Positions 32,667 through 45,200 of a stretch of DNA of 64,000 bases are shown here, in pieces. Below the pieces are notes generated by a model. That model was given only the letters and a program-made list of their open reading frames with translations, was not told the origin of the DNA and ran no database searches. Source of the DNA: Felis catus (lineage: Eukaryota). How positions within the stretch are numbered: position 1 is the first letter of the stretch; each line of letters begins with the position of its first letter. A program made the position numbers and the translations under genes. The DNA is taken from positions 4,528,001 to 4,592,000 of the forward strand of contig NC_058369.1 of NCBI RefSeq assembly GCF_018350175.1, given 5' to 3'.

Positions 32667-35600
32667 CTCCGCACCTGTTGCAGCACGTTGCGCTCCCTCA
32701 GGGCCATCAGCCTCCGGTGCAGCTCCACCAGCTCATCCGTGTAGGCCTGGGGGTGACGGAGGGGCGCTCAGCCGGTGGCCGCAGCCCCACCCTGCCCACA
32801 GTCCCACCCATCCGGGCCCAGGGTGCGGGAAAGAGGAAGGCCTCGGGCACCCCTGGGTGAGGCCGGGACAGGGCACAGGCCAGAGGAGTCTGTCCAGCTC
32901 CGGGGGCCCAGAACTTCCCTCCCACCACCCGCCGGGCCCCAGTCGCCCACCTTGTCGTAGGTGCCCCTCTTGAGGATCTTCTCCGGCTTGCTGCAGGACT
33001 CTGGGCTCCTCCGGCCTGACGCCTGCAGGGCAAACCCAGATCTGCTCTGAGCTCTTGCCCTCACTCACCTCCTCCCCCAGCCCGCCGGTGGCTCTCCCAC
33101 CCGCCTCCAGAGCCTGTCTGGAGCCCTGGGGCTGGCTCCTATCCTCCTTCTTCTGACCCTGACTCTAAAGGCAGCCGACCATGGGCAACAGATAGATCTC
33201 TGGGGTCTGGGGGGAACCAAGCCGCCCTCTGCCCCCACCCTCAGTCTCCATTCCTTGGAGACTACAGTCCACATCCCGCAGCCCTGCCTCCAGGACATGA
33301 GGCCTGAAGCAGAGACCTGCTCGCCCAACAGACCACCTCCTCCTCCTCCTCCTCCTCTGAGTGGGGGCCACCTGGGCATCCCCCAGCTTACCTTGCTGTT
33401 GGGTGGGGGCGGCTTCTTGGAGGGAGGGGGCTCCCGGCTGGGCAGGCAGGAGTCGGCACTGTTGTCACTTTCACTGTCACTGAAGCTCAACCTGGACACA
33501 GGACACAGCACCCTGTCAGGCCCCCACCGCCTGCTGCTCTGGGGACCTGGCTCCCGGATCCTGCCCTTCGTCCTTGGTTCGGCGCTCCGCTAGACCCCAG
33601 GAGGCCAGCCTCACTCGGCACAGAGCCCCAGAGCAGCACGCTGGCACTCTGAGGGGCTACGTGGGGCTCCAGGGCCAGCACACAGCCCAGTGTCGGTCTG
33701 CCGGTCTCACTCCTGAGCTCAGCTCTGCTGCTGGTGACCCCGCAGGCAGAGCCACCTGCGGCAATCTGCCCAGGGTGAAACCTCGGCTCCCACCTGAGCT
33801 GACCCCCTCTGCACGGCAGGCTTCTGGCAGGGACGTCAGGCACCCTGTGCCTGGGAATAAGCATTCAGGCTGTCTCAGGGGAAGGGCGTGGCGGTCGGGG
33901 TCACAATCCCCAGCACGCATGAACCTATAGCCCCGTCTCTCTCTCTACGTCTCTTCACACAAAATATGTCGGCCCGTCCGTCGCCTTTAGCCCTCTCCAG
34001 AGTCTCTCGAAGCATAGTGAGCAGGTGTGGAGGGAACTCATCCGTGGGAAGAGTCTCCGTCCGGGACCCCCAGTCCCTGGGGACACCCCGGCCTTGCCAT
34101 AGTCAGGAGGAGTCCCCCAGGCCTGCCAACATCTACCACACGGCACATCCACCTGCTGCTTTCTCCTTCTGCCTGAAACAGGCCTCCCCACAGAACGCAG
34201 CGCACGAAGTACCCGGGTACACGGTGGCCAGAACCTTGGCCCTGGGGGCTCTGGCCTCACTCCTCCAAGGCCACGGCTGTCCTGTCCTCAGAGGGGCTTC
34301 TCCCACAAGAAGCACCAGCCCCCAGGGCCCTGCTGTTCTCGGGGGGCCCAGGGCCTGCTCTCTCCCAGACTCCTGCAGCTGCAGGTCTGCCGTGGGCAGG
34401 GGGTGGGGGGGGGGGTAGGAACAGGCCGGCGGGAGGTCTCCTCGTTGCCCAGGTGGCACTATAGTGTCCCCCATGCCTGCGGGTCCACCAGGTAGCACCT
34501 CCCGAGAAAGCAGAGGGAGTAAGGTGGGGCTCTGTCAGCTCACCCCAAGCAGCCACAGTGCCAACGTGACCCCTTCCCTGGAGCCCCAGGAAGCCCCTGA
34601 AAAGGACACTAAAGGCCCTTCTGCACATCTGGTCCCCGTGCTGTGCCAGGAGCCCCTCAGGACCGGACTGACGCGTGTTAGAGCTCTCAGCATCCCGCTC
34701 CCAGTGCCGCGCACTGCCAGCACACCGGGTGGTCATTCCCGTCATCCCCCCGGCCCGCGCCCCAGTTTCCCTTACCTGGAGGGTGCCGGCAAACGCAAGA
34801 GCCCGTTTAAGGACTCTCTCGGACGCAACTCTGGGCGGCGGGTTTAACCGGCATGACTAACAGCGCCACGGCAAGCACCCGCTGGGCGTCCCTGAGCCCG
34901 CTGGGTGCAGACCCGACGCCCAGCCCATCTGAAAGATGAGCCACTGAGGTCGCGAGGTCTTGGCCTCCCAGGCAGGAGGGCCTATATCAAGACAGGGCCG
35001 CTGGCTCCCGGGTCTGCCCGTTCTGCAGGCCTGGCGCCGAGGCCGGCATTTGCTCTGGGCTGCAGGCTAAGAACACACAGCCGTCCCTGAGGTGGGCCCG
35101 CTCCAAGGGTCCGGGGGCGCCCAAAGGAGGAGCCTCAGCTCACCCCGCTCCAAGGAAAGGACAGATGTCACCCTCCCTAAGCCAGCAGGCAGCCACAGCA
35201 GCTCCCCACGCTGGGGTGTGTGCCGGTCCCAGGACGGTTTCCGGGCCGCCCTCACCCCGGGCCACGCAGGGGCAGAAGGGTGAGGGGGAAGCGGCCCCCT
35301 GGCCCGAAAGCAGAGGAACGAGCCTCCCCCTACACCCTGAACCGGCCGTCAGGCTGCTGTGCGCTGCCTCACTCCCCTCTCGGCTGGTGACCGGACCTCC
35401 CTCCCTGCCCTCCCTGCCCTCCCTGCCCAGCAGACACCTCGGGAGCCGCAGCTTGGTGGAACTGAGAGAGCACGCAGCCCCCAGGGGTGCCTCGGGTGGG
35501 GTGCTCCGGGGACACGCTCAGCCCGGCCCCGCCTCCTCGCCCCCTCACCCGCCCTGCTCGCTCCCCGAGGGCCCAGGCACCTGGAGTCCCTCCCAGCATT

Positions 35601-38600
35601 GGTCTTCCCAGAGGCCTCCTCGCCCGACGAAGAGTCGTCTTCGTCGGATTCCTCCGACTGCAGGTCCTCCACCATGGAGCGCAGGGGGCCTGGGGAGGGC
35701 GGCAGGGGAGGCAGGCAAGGGGACAGAAGCAGGATCAGGGCTCTGCCTGCACTCCACAGGTTCCCCTGCACGCCCGGGACCACGCGGCCCTTCTCGAAAC
35801 CGTGACCCCCAAACACACCCACACAAACCTGCCTCGGAGGTCCCTCTGGCCACCTGAGGTCCGCCACCCGCCTCCAAGAGCTACCCCCGTGGCCACCCCC
35901 TTCCTGAGGGACCCCCTGGCTCCCCACCCCCTACCTTCCTGGCCCTGCTCGCAGGCTTCTGGCCCCTGGCCCTGCTCGCAGGCCTCTGGCCCCTGGCCTG
36001 CAGCGGGACTGCAGGCCCCCTCCATCGCCCAGGCTGAGGGGCAGCCCTCCTCTGCTCCGGGTGTGGGGAGCACAGCCTCTGCCTGGAGTCTCGGCAAGCC
36101 AGCCCCGGCCTGGGAGGGCAAGGCAGCCAGAGCCGGGGGCACAGAACCCTCCCGGGCAGCCTGCGCCCCTACGCCGGCCTGCCCAGCCCCTCAGCAACCC
36201 CCTCCGCTGCTCTGGGCCAACCGTCCGCTCCTCTCTCCAGAGGCCCACAGTTCCAGTCCCCTACAGACGGCATCTTGGTTTATATTCCTGTTACCAAGGC
36301 AACAGAGGGACACAAAGCCCTCAATTACCTTGGTCACATGATCCCGCTCGGGCAGGTTCCCCCTCCCTTCCCCATAGATAAGAACCCTTGGAGCGAGTGT
36401 GGGCTTTGAGCATCCCATCCCCCATTCCCCTCAGCGACTGCAAGTCTGAATTCCAGGCAGGCCATACCCTCCCCCCCCCCCCCCCACGATCCACTCCCCA
36501 GCTCTCCCCAACCCTTGAAAAAAGGATTCTAGGCTGTGGGGGCAGGAAAATCTTGGCCCAGTTCACCAGAAGTAATGGTTCCAGTTTGAGGGTGGGCCCC
36601 TTGCTGCCCTCACCTCAGCACCCTGTGTGTGGGCTGGGGCCCCGAGACCCACCCTGCACCCAAGGAAGGCCCTCCCTGCTCTGGGGCAGCCAAGTGGGCC
36701 TTATGCCCTCTTCCACCAAGCCTCCCCGAAGGCATGAGGGAAGACAGAAATGCAGACTGCTGGGGTCTGAGCCTGAGTATCAGCCAAATTACACAGCAAG
36801 AGCAGAACCTATCCTACCCCATCCACGAAGAGCTTTGCTGGGGTGGGGGAGAGAATGGGAGCGGGGGTAGGGTGAGGATGGGGGTGAAGACTGGGGCAGG
36901 GGTGGGGTGAGGACAGGGATGGGGAGGGGTGAGGATAGGGATGAGGGAGGGGTGGGGGTGAAGACTGGGGCAGGGGTGGGGTGAGGACAGGGATGGGGAG
37001 GGATGAGGATTGGGGCAGGGGTAGGGTGAGGATAGGGATGGGGGAGGGGTGGGGGTGAAGACTGGGGCAGGGGTGGGGTGAGGACAGGGATGGGGAGGGG
37101 TGAGGATTGGGGCAGGGGTGGGGTGAGGATAGGGATCGGGGAGGAGTGGGGGTGAAGACTGGGGCAGAGGTTGGGTGAGGACGTGGATAGGGGAGGGGGT
37201 GAGGATTGGGGCGGGGTGGGGTGAGGATGGGGGGAGGGGAGGGGATGGTGGTGAAGACTGGAGCAGGGGTGAGGTGAGGATAGGGATGGGGAGTGGGAGG
37301 ATGGGGGTGAAAACTGGAGCAGGGGTGGGGTGAGGACGGGGATGGGGACGGGGAGAATGGGGGTGAGGACTAGGGCAGGGTGGGGTGATGACAGGGATGG
37401 GGGAGGGGGAGGATGTGGATGGGGGGGGCAGAGGAAACAGTGGTCTATCTGGGATGGGAGGGAGGGAGGGAGGGAGGGGAGGGAGGAGGGAGGGAGAAGG
37501 AAGGAAGGAAGGAAGGAAGGAAGGAAGGAAGGAAGGAAGGAAGGAAGGAAGGAAGGAAGGAAGGAAGGAAGGAAGGGGAAAGGGACCCTCCTCCTCAGGC
37601 CCACCAGCAGCAGCACCTCATCAGCAAGGCTCGAAGCCTTGTCACACAGCTGGGCAGACCCGAGGGCCCCGGAGACTGACCCCAAAGACGAAAGACCACC
37701 AGAAAGGGCAGCACCTCTCACTCCTGGCTGGTGGTCAGGGGACCTGCTTCTGTTTTGTTCTTTCATACGGATCCCCTGAGCTTCCAAAAACCCAGGTCTG
37801 CGGATCTCCGGGGGCCAGTCCTGGAACAGTCCAGGGCAAGGCAGCCCAGGTGTGGGGCTCCCCCACCCTTTCCCACCACCCCCCACCACCCCCGCTCCCA
37901 GGAAGCTGTCAGTGAACTTTCATGGCAGGGGTAGCAGCGTTGAGACACGGGTGTGCCGATGCTCAGGCCCCCATGTGAGTCGGTCACGTGGAGGAGACCA
38001 TCGCGAACCCCTCGGATTCAGTCCCAAACCCAGCGCCCCACTGGCTCCAGGTGGGCGGCGGCGGCCTTTGCACAAGAAAACTCCCTTCCTCGTGCACCAC
38101 GCACCTTGACTGTGGTTCTGAGACGGCTCGAAATCCGAGTCGGAGCTGGAGTCGGAGCTGGAGCTGGAGTTGGACGGGCTCGACTGGGCAGACTTCACCC
38201 GCGACGACAGGGACGGGCGGGACAGTGGGAGAGGAGACAAGGAGACTCTTTCAGTCCGAGGGGAACGAGCAGGCGATGAATGCCTCTGGCCTTCACCGAG
38301 TCTCGGCCCAGACCCCCACTCCAAAGCTCGCCGAGGCGCCAGACCCCAGCACCCCCTGCCTAAGGCACACATGAGCTGGGCTCCACGGATGGCCCAGCTC
38401 CCGGCTCCCCCTCAGCCCCAGGACACCGGTTAGCATTCAAAATGCAACGCAGGACTTTTCTTTTCCCACTGAGGGACTTGAACTTTCTAGCCGTTCCAGG
38501 AGAAGCTCCAGATCACACCTGCCTGGGCAGGGGGACAAGGAACTAGACAAGCCGTTGATGCAGGGCAGGGGGCGCTCCTCTGTTTGTGGGGCCTCCTCTG

Positions 38601-41197
38601 GTGACAGCATGCCCCAGCTGGTGTGGGCGGTGGTGGTGCCGCCACAGGGCACAGCTGAAGGGTCTGGACAAGAAAGGTGGGTGCAGAGACCCCCTTCTCA
38701 TCCTGCCCGTTCCTCACCGCCCATCCCAAGGCTGACGCGTGATCAAAAGGCGTCTTCCTGCCACGTGCTGTCATCCACCGGGCACCTGAGGTCATGACGA
38801 GCATGTGTGCACATGACCAGCAGGTGAGGACACGGTGGCCTGTCACGCGCAGAGCCGGCCAGTCACACCCCTTCCTCTTTCCTTTTTGCAGCCAGCCACC
38901 CCACGCTCAGCCACCAGGGGGCAGTAAAAGCCAAAAGAGGACACTAGATGGTAGACAGGATGGGAGGTGGGGGGGTGGTTAAGACGCCTGGGGGTTGCGC
39001 CTCTCTTGGTGGACAGGGACCTGGATAGGGACCATTTGCTTCAGACGCATGCATGCTCGTGGCGGGGGCCTCTGGCCGTGCCACACAGAGTGCTGAGCCA
39101 GAACAGGGGCAGCGTCTGTTCCCAGGCCCTTGCTTTCTGCCAACAAGCTACTCCAAAGGGGCAGCATGGTAAGCGTGGGCCAGGGGGCACAGGCCCCAAA
39201 GGGCATAAGAGCATAGTCCAGAGCTCAGAAGGTCTGCCTTGGCCCAGAGTGCCCCCAATGCATGGGGGGGGGGTGCTGCCTGAGACCAGCAAGGCTGTCC
39301 TCGGGACGGGCTATCCAGCCCTCTGGCCTCAGGATCCTCTGAAGGAAATGACGGCTTCAGCACCTGGGATCAAGTACCTCCCCTTGTCAAGAGGAGGGAG
39401 GGGGCCGGGAGACGGGCAGAGGCACCCAGCGGCGTCTGCGCAGGTGTCTCAGGAGTGAAGAGCCCAGAAGAGCCCCTGACCTGTTGGGGCAGAGGACAGC
39501 CCCTCTAGATGGTCTGTGGACCAGGGGCGGGCCCCAGCCCATGCAAGGGGCCCTAGGAAGGCACAAGTCTCCTCCTCTACAGACCCATGAGTGATCCAGG
39601 CTGCCCCGGGGACAGAATACTTTGCACCTGATGAGTTAAAGGAGTGAGTCCTCCAGGATTTACCACAGTCTTCCAGAACCCACTCCCACCTTCCCGACAC
39701 ACCCCTACTGATGTCCCCTACTCACCCACCTTCACACTGGCCAACGATGTTCTCTGGGAAGCCCTCCCTGGGGAAACCCGGCCTGGACTGCCATCAAGCA
39801 CTGACCACTGAAGAGGGGCCATCCAGACCAGCATTACCCCACGACCCCCAGCAAGGGGCCCAGCTGGGCCTGGAGCCGCAAGGCGCCTCCGGCATGTAGA
39901 CCCCGAGTTCTTATTCTGGCCCAGGGGTGCTGCATTCTGACCCTAGCTTTCTCACCAGCATCCCCAGTTTTAAGCCTCAGTTTCCCGATCTGTGAAAGAG
40001 CAAGTGTGCCGGCCTCTGCTCAGTGTGTACAGGTGTGTGTGTGTGCCGGATGCTAGCACATGAAGGTCAACGCCAACTGTGCCAACGGACCTCTGGGGCA
40101 CAGGCCTCGGGCAGGACTGGGCCAGGGACGTGAGAGCAGCAGGGGCTGTGGGGCGGGCACAGAACAGCAGGGCCACGTGCTAGACCAGGGGTGGCGGCAG
40201 CGCCCGGTGGGGAGACAGGTCAGCAGACTCTGGACACAGGGAGCCCCCAAGAGGCCAGCCTGGACCCTGTGTCAGAACAGGCGAGCACTGGTGGTGTCCC
40301 TGCCGAGCAGTCGGACGTGCTTCTCAGAAGGACCTGTCCCTCTTCCTCCCACGCTAGCCCAGAGGGCAGGGAAAGGGAGGCCAGAAATGATTTCAGCTAA
40401 GACAGCCCCGAGCAGCTGTGGGTCAGAAGTGCACAGGAGGTCACTGTGAGCGCTGCAAAGTGTCCTGGTGCTCAGGCACACAGAGTGTCCAGAGGGAGGA
40501 CAGAGGGCCTCCTGGGCCGTGACTGGATGGGAGCCACTGGCTCAGGAACCCCCTGGACCAAAGAGACCACAGAAAAGCCACTGGAGGAGCTGAGGAGCTC
40601 GGCCCAGGGACTCAGACAAGGAGCTGCCCAGCTACCTCTGAGGGCTAAGGGGAGAGGCGACTCAGGGTCCACACACTGGTCAGAGCTTTCCGGTGGCGGC
40701 GTCCCATGTGGACTCCAGGGTCGATGGCCTGAGACAGTCAAGAGAGGCCCAGGAGGCCCGAGTCTGGAAGGCTATCTCACCTCCTCCACCAGACATCTGT
40801 GCCTCACTGAGACCCCAGGGTTGTCAAATGGCAGCCAGTCACGATCTGGCATCCTGTTGGTGGCTGGGTCTCACGCCTACATGGACCTCAAGTGGCTAAG
40901 CCTTGTCATTCAGAAGTCTCTCAGGATACAGAGCCCAGGGCCACTCTGGGCGTCCAGCCAGCCCACTCTGAGCAGAAGCCCCCAGGTGCTCACGACGACC
41001 ACACCAGGATGGCAGTGTGGTCACTGGGGCAGGACACAACACGCAGCTCAGGTGGGGTGCCGGGGGAGGCCCCCGCCTCTTCCCAATGCAGGTCCGCCAG
41101 CCCCGGGCGCAGAACGGCCTCGCTTAAGAGCGCCTGGGATAGAAAAGAGGGACAGTGCCTTCTGGGTGTGACAAGTGCTGGGCACGGCACTGCCAGT

Positions 41198-41244
<47 letters not shown>

Positions 41245-42139
41245 AAGCTGGTAGGATGCACTGTTACCCACAGGCTCAATCATCGCCTCCACAGCCTGCC
41301 CCTGGAAGCCACACGCTCAAGACATCGGTGCTGCTGACACCATCCACCCATGGCTTCGTCTCTGGGAGCCACTGTCAAAGTCCCTGTGGAGCTCTGAGAA
41401 GCCACACTGGAAGGCAAGCCTTCTGCCCCCGAGAGTGAATGGGGATTCATAAACACAAAAGGGACAGTGTGGAGGTTCCTCAAAAAATTAAAAATAGATC
41501 TACCCTATGACCCAGCAACAGCACTGCTAGGAATTGACCCAAGGGACACAGGAGTGCTGATGCATAGGGGCACTTGTACCCCAATGTTTATAGCAGCACT
41601 TTCAACAATAGCCAAATTATGGAAAGAGCCTAAATGTCCATCAACTGACGAATGGATAAAGAAGATGTGGTTTATATACACAATAGAATACTACTTGGCA
41701 ATGAGAAAGAATGAAATTTGGCCTTTTGTAGCAATGTGGATGGAACTGGAGAGTATTATGCTAAGTGAAGTAAGTCATACAGGGAAAGATAGACACCATA
41801 TTGTTTTCACTCTTATGTGGATCCTGAGAAACTTAACAGAAGACCATGGGGGAGGGGAAGGAAAACAAAACAAAACAAAACAAAACAAAAAGGTTAGAGA
41901 GGGAGGGAGCCAAAGCATAAGAGACTCTTGAAAACTGAGAATAAACTGAGGGTTGATGGGGGGTGGGAGGGAGGGGAGGGTGGGTGATGGGCATTAAGGA
42001 GGGCACCTGTTGGGATGAGCCCTGGGTGGTATGGAAACCAATTTGACAATAAATTTCATACGAAAGGAAGGAAGGAAGGAAGGAAGGAAGGAAGGAAGGA
42101 AGGAAGGAAGGAAGGAAGGAAGGAAGGAAGGAAGGAAGG

Positions 42140-42178
<39 letters not shown>

Positions 42179-42179
42179 A

Positions 42180-42215
<36 letters not shown>

Positions 42216-45200
42216 AAAAGAAAAATGAAAAAAAAAGAAAAGGAAAAAAGAAAAAGAAACACAAAAGGGCACTGTGGGCTGGAGCTGGTGATACTCAGCC
42301 CCCCACCCCTGCCATCCATCCAAGCACCTGTTCTCTGACCCCTTGAGCCAAACAGCACTCGGAGATGGGGCTGCCACCCGAGACCCCGGCAAGGTCTGGC
42401 TCCGCAGGCAACAGTCTGCCTACTGGCTGCTTTGTGGCTCAAGCCATCTCTGATGGTGACCTTAAGAACTGCCTAGAAACGCTGACGTGGCAGGAGTCCC
42501 GAGCCTCCCACGGTGACAGGACCTAGCTCCCAGAGAGGGGCTCCAGCCAGTGCTTAGAAAACATCCAAACTGTGTGCACAGGAGGGGGTGGTGGGAAGTA
42601 TGGGGAGGCCTCGGAACCCACCGAGGCTCAATGGCCAAAGAGCGGGACGAAGACGCTCAGGGACGCCCCACTGGCACCGGGAGGGAGTCCCCGATGGCAC
42701 TGGCCCAGCAGCGGCCAGGAAAGGGGCAACGGTGACATGCAATCAGCCACCGGGACCCTGGCCCGTGCAGGGGGCTGCCCAAGGAAGACAGCCGTGAACT
42801 CAAGGACAAAACTATCACGCTCTACCAGAACTGTCTTCCCCTAAGCCCTGTGTCCAGAGTTTCCCAACAGAAGGAGAAACTGAGGCTTAGCAAGGTGTGC
42901 AGGTTTGGCCAAAGCTACAAAGAGCAACTGGGGGACCCCAGATCCCAGCCTCCTCGTCTAACCTTAGGGCCAACAAGGCCCCGAACAGCTCAGGGCCAGG
43001 AGAGAAAGGACAAGGCAAGGGGGCCGGTGGGGGAAGGACCACCTCACCTCTGTCTTGAAGGACGCCTCATCCTCCGAGTTGGACTCCTCCACCTCCGGGG
43101 GTTTTTTGATCTCCCTGGGCTCACTCTCGGCCTTGACTTTCTCCCCTTTGCTGCTGCCCTTGTCCTTGGCTGGCTTTTTGTCCGAGAAGGAGGAAGACGA
43201 GGTGCGGGGCGAGGTGCTGGGGGCGCTCCTGGACCCCTTGGAGCTACTCTTCTTCTGCTTTTTGGCGCTGGGCTTGGGTGAGTCGGCGGCAGCCGGCCGC
43301 TTGCTGGAAGACTTGGGCGGGGGTGGGGGCGGGGGCCCGCCCTTGGGGGACATGCTCTCCAGTTTGGTCTCCTTCAGGGCCATCTTGGGTTCCTTGAAAG
43401 CGGCCTTGGCCGGCGGGGCCTTCTCTTCCTTGGGCGGCCGGCCTTCGCCTGGCTTCCGCGTGGCGTCCTTGGTGCTCCTGGCCTGCTCGCGCTCCGGCTC
43501 CTTGGAGGGGGCCTTGCCCTCGGAGTCCTTCCGTGGCCGCTCCCGGTGCTCCTTGGCCGTCTTATGGGTCTTGCAGGCCTTGCTGCTGTCCCTGCTGGCG
43601 TCCTGAAATGCCGGGGCAGGAGGGGGAGAGACACGGTCAAGTGGCATCTCGGGGTCGCCCTGCTCCGCCTCCCCCGACCCCTACAAAGTATAATCCACCT
43701 GATTCAGACTCAGCTAGAGAAAATCTTCCATAAAGCGAAAAAGTAAGGCAGCAGGTGAGAGTTTTAAATGGAGCTGTCCCTTTAAACTACTGGGAAGTGT
43801 CAGCAGGTCCCGGGCGACTGCAGGCTAAGATGCCCCTCTGAATTGAACTGACATATTCCCTGAGGGATTCAAGAAGAGCACACGGTGAGTCAGACACGAG
43901 ACAGGCAGGCCACACGTACCCACTCCCGCTCCAAACTCGCTGCTTCCCGCTGGCCTGGGGGAGCAGAGGCTGCGTGCGGCGCAGGGGGTGGGGGAGCTGA
44001 GGGGCACCGGCGGGCGGGCGCCCCCCACCTGGTCCCAGTGCACGCCCAGCACAGCTCTTCTTTGGTCCCCACAGCCAGCATTTACTGAGCACCTGTTGGG
44101 CTCCCAGGTGCTGTGCAGAAACAGCTCCTCAGACCCCTCGCCCTCTCGCGATCAAAGCCGCCTGGGCAGCATTTCTAAAACACACACGATTCTTGGGTCT
44201 CCACCTTGGGAATTCGGAGGGTTGAGGGTGGAGCCCAGAAGCTAGTGCTGGCCAGGCAGGTCACGGAGCTCCTGCTGGAGACAGAGGCAGAGAGGGGCCC
44301 TGCGCCCAGGCTGCTGGGAAGGCCCCTTCGTGCCTGTGCTATCTCCAAACAAGGGCGGGACCACCTACCTCACTGGGTAGTGGCGCAGGGCCTGGGAGGC
44401 AGCAAGCACTCAACCAACGGGGGCTGCAGCCACTGCCACCCACCCCTATGTGGCTGGCACACCCTGCAGGTGGGAGCCCCATCTGACGCCTCATTTGGAC
44501 CTCCTTTCTACTGACACCCCGTCGTCACCCTGTATATCCAGGTGAACCAGACAGGTGCCTGCCGTGCTTGGCTGCCAAGGGCTCTGGCCCCACTCGGCAG
44601 GCCAGGTACACAGTCGGGCCCAGAGGCTCTCGAGACAAAGCTCACCAGGAAGCCAAGAGAGCCAGACCAGAGGGTGACCCACACCACGAAGGCAGGGGCT
44701 CCTCTGAGGCAGCTCATCGCAAGTGCCGAGGGGACAGACTGGAGCATGTCGAGGAGGGTAGGCAAAGCAAGAAAAGGCCCAGCAGCAAGGCCCCTGCTGC
44801 CCTCACAGCCCACCATGGAGCTTTCCTGGCAAAGGGACCCAGGGACAGACAGTGCAGCCCTGAACACCTCTGATGCACTCCAGTCGCCGTCTTCTTGCAA
44901 ATCCATACCCCATGTCAGTGCCAAGGGTTCGGGGACAGCCCCACGTGGCCGAGGCTCACCGCCGCCTCCCTGGAGAAACATCGCTGGGTGCCCTGGCCCC
45001 AGTTCTTTATCACTGGGGCCAGGGGAAGGGATGCTCACGCCACGAGTCCCCAGCACACGGTCTAAGGGGCAGCCCCCCTGGGGACTGGCTTGCAGAATGG
45101 GGCTCCACTCCCCAGCAAGCTGGTCTCCTGAGGAAGGAGGCCAGAAGCAAATTCCACGTGTAATTCCGGCCTCTTCTCGCAGCGTCTGTGTGCCCACTTA

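Noticed and set aside
35939..35998. 27-bp tandem duplication (CTGGCCCTGCTCGCAGGC(T/C)TCTGGCCC)
   Set aside because: Simple two-copy slippage in an intron; no sign of function.
36789..37889. 366-aa Pro/Ser/Leu-rich ORF on the − strand, and overlapping + ORFs
   Set aside because: Artefact of the G-rich minisatellite and (GGAA)n repeat lacking stop codons; intronic in MLLT1.
40446..41171. 241-aa ORF and similar 200+ aa ORFs (44508-45201, 47565-48221, 60585-61268)
   Set aside because: No recognisable domain, mostly non-ATG starts, and expected by chance at this GC content; intronic.
41833..42442. Several 100-140-aa ORFs (FLPS/KEGR repeats)
   Set aside because: Translations of the L1 tail microsatellite.
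42850..43606. 143- and 183-aa ORFs antisense to MLLT1 exon 6
   Set aside because: Shadow frames of a GC-rich coding exon; no splice or start support.
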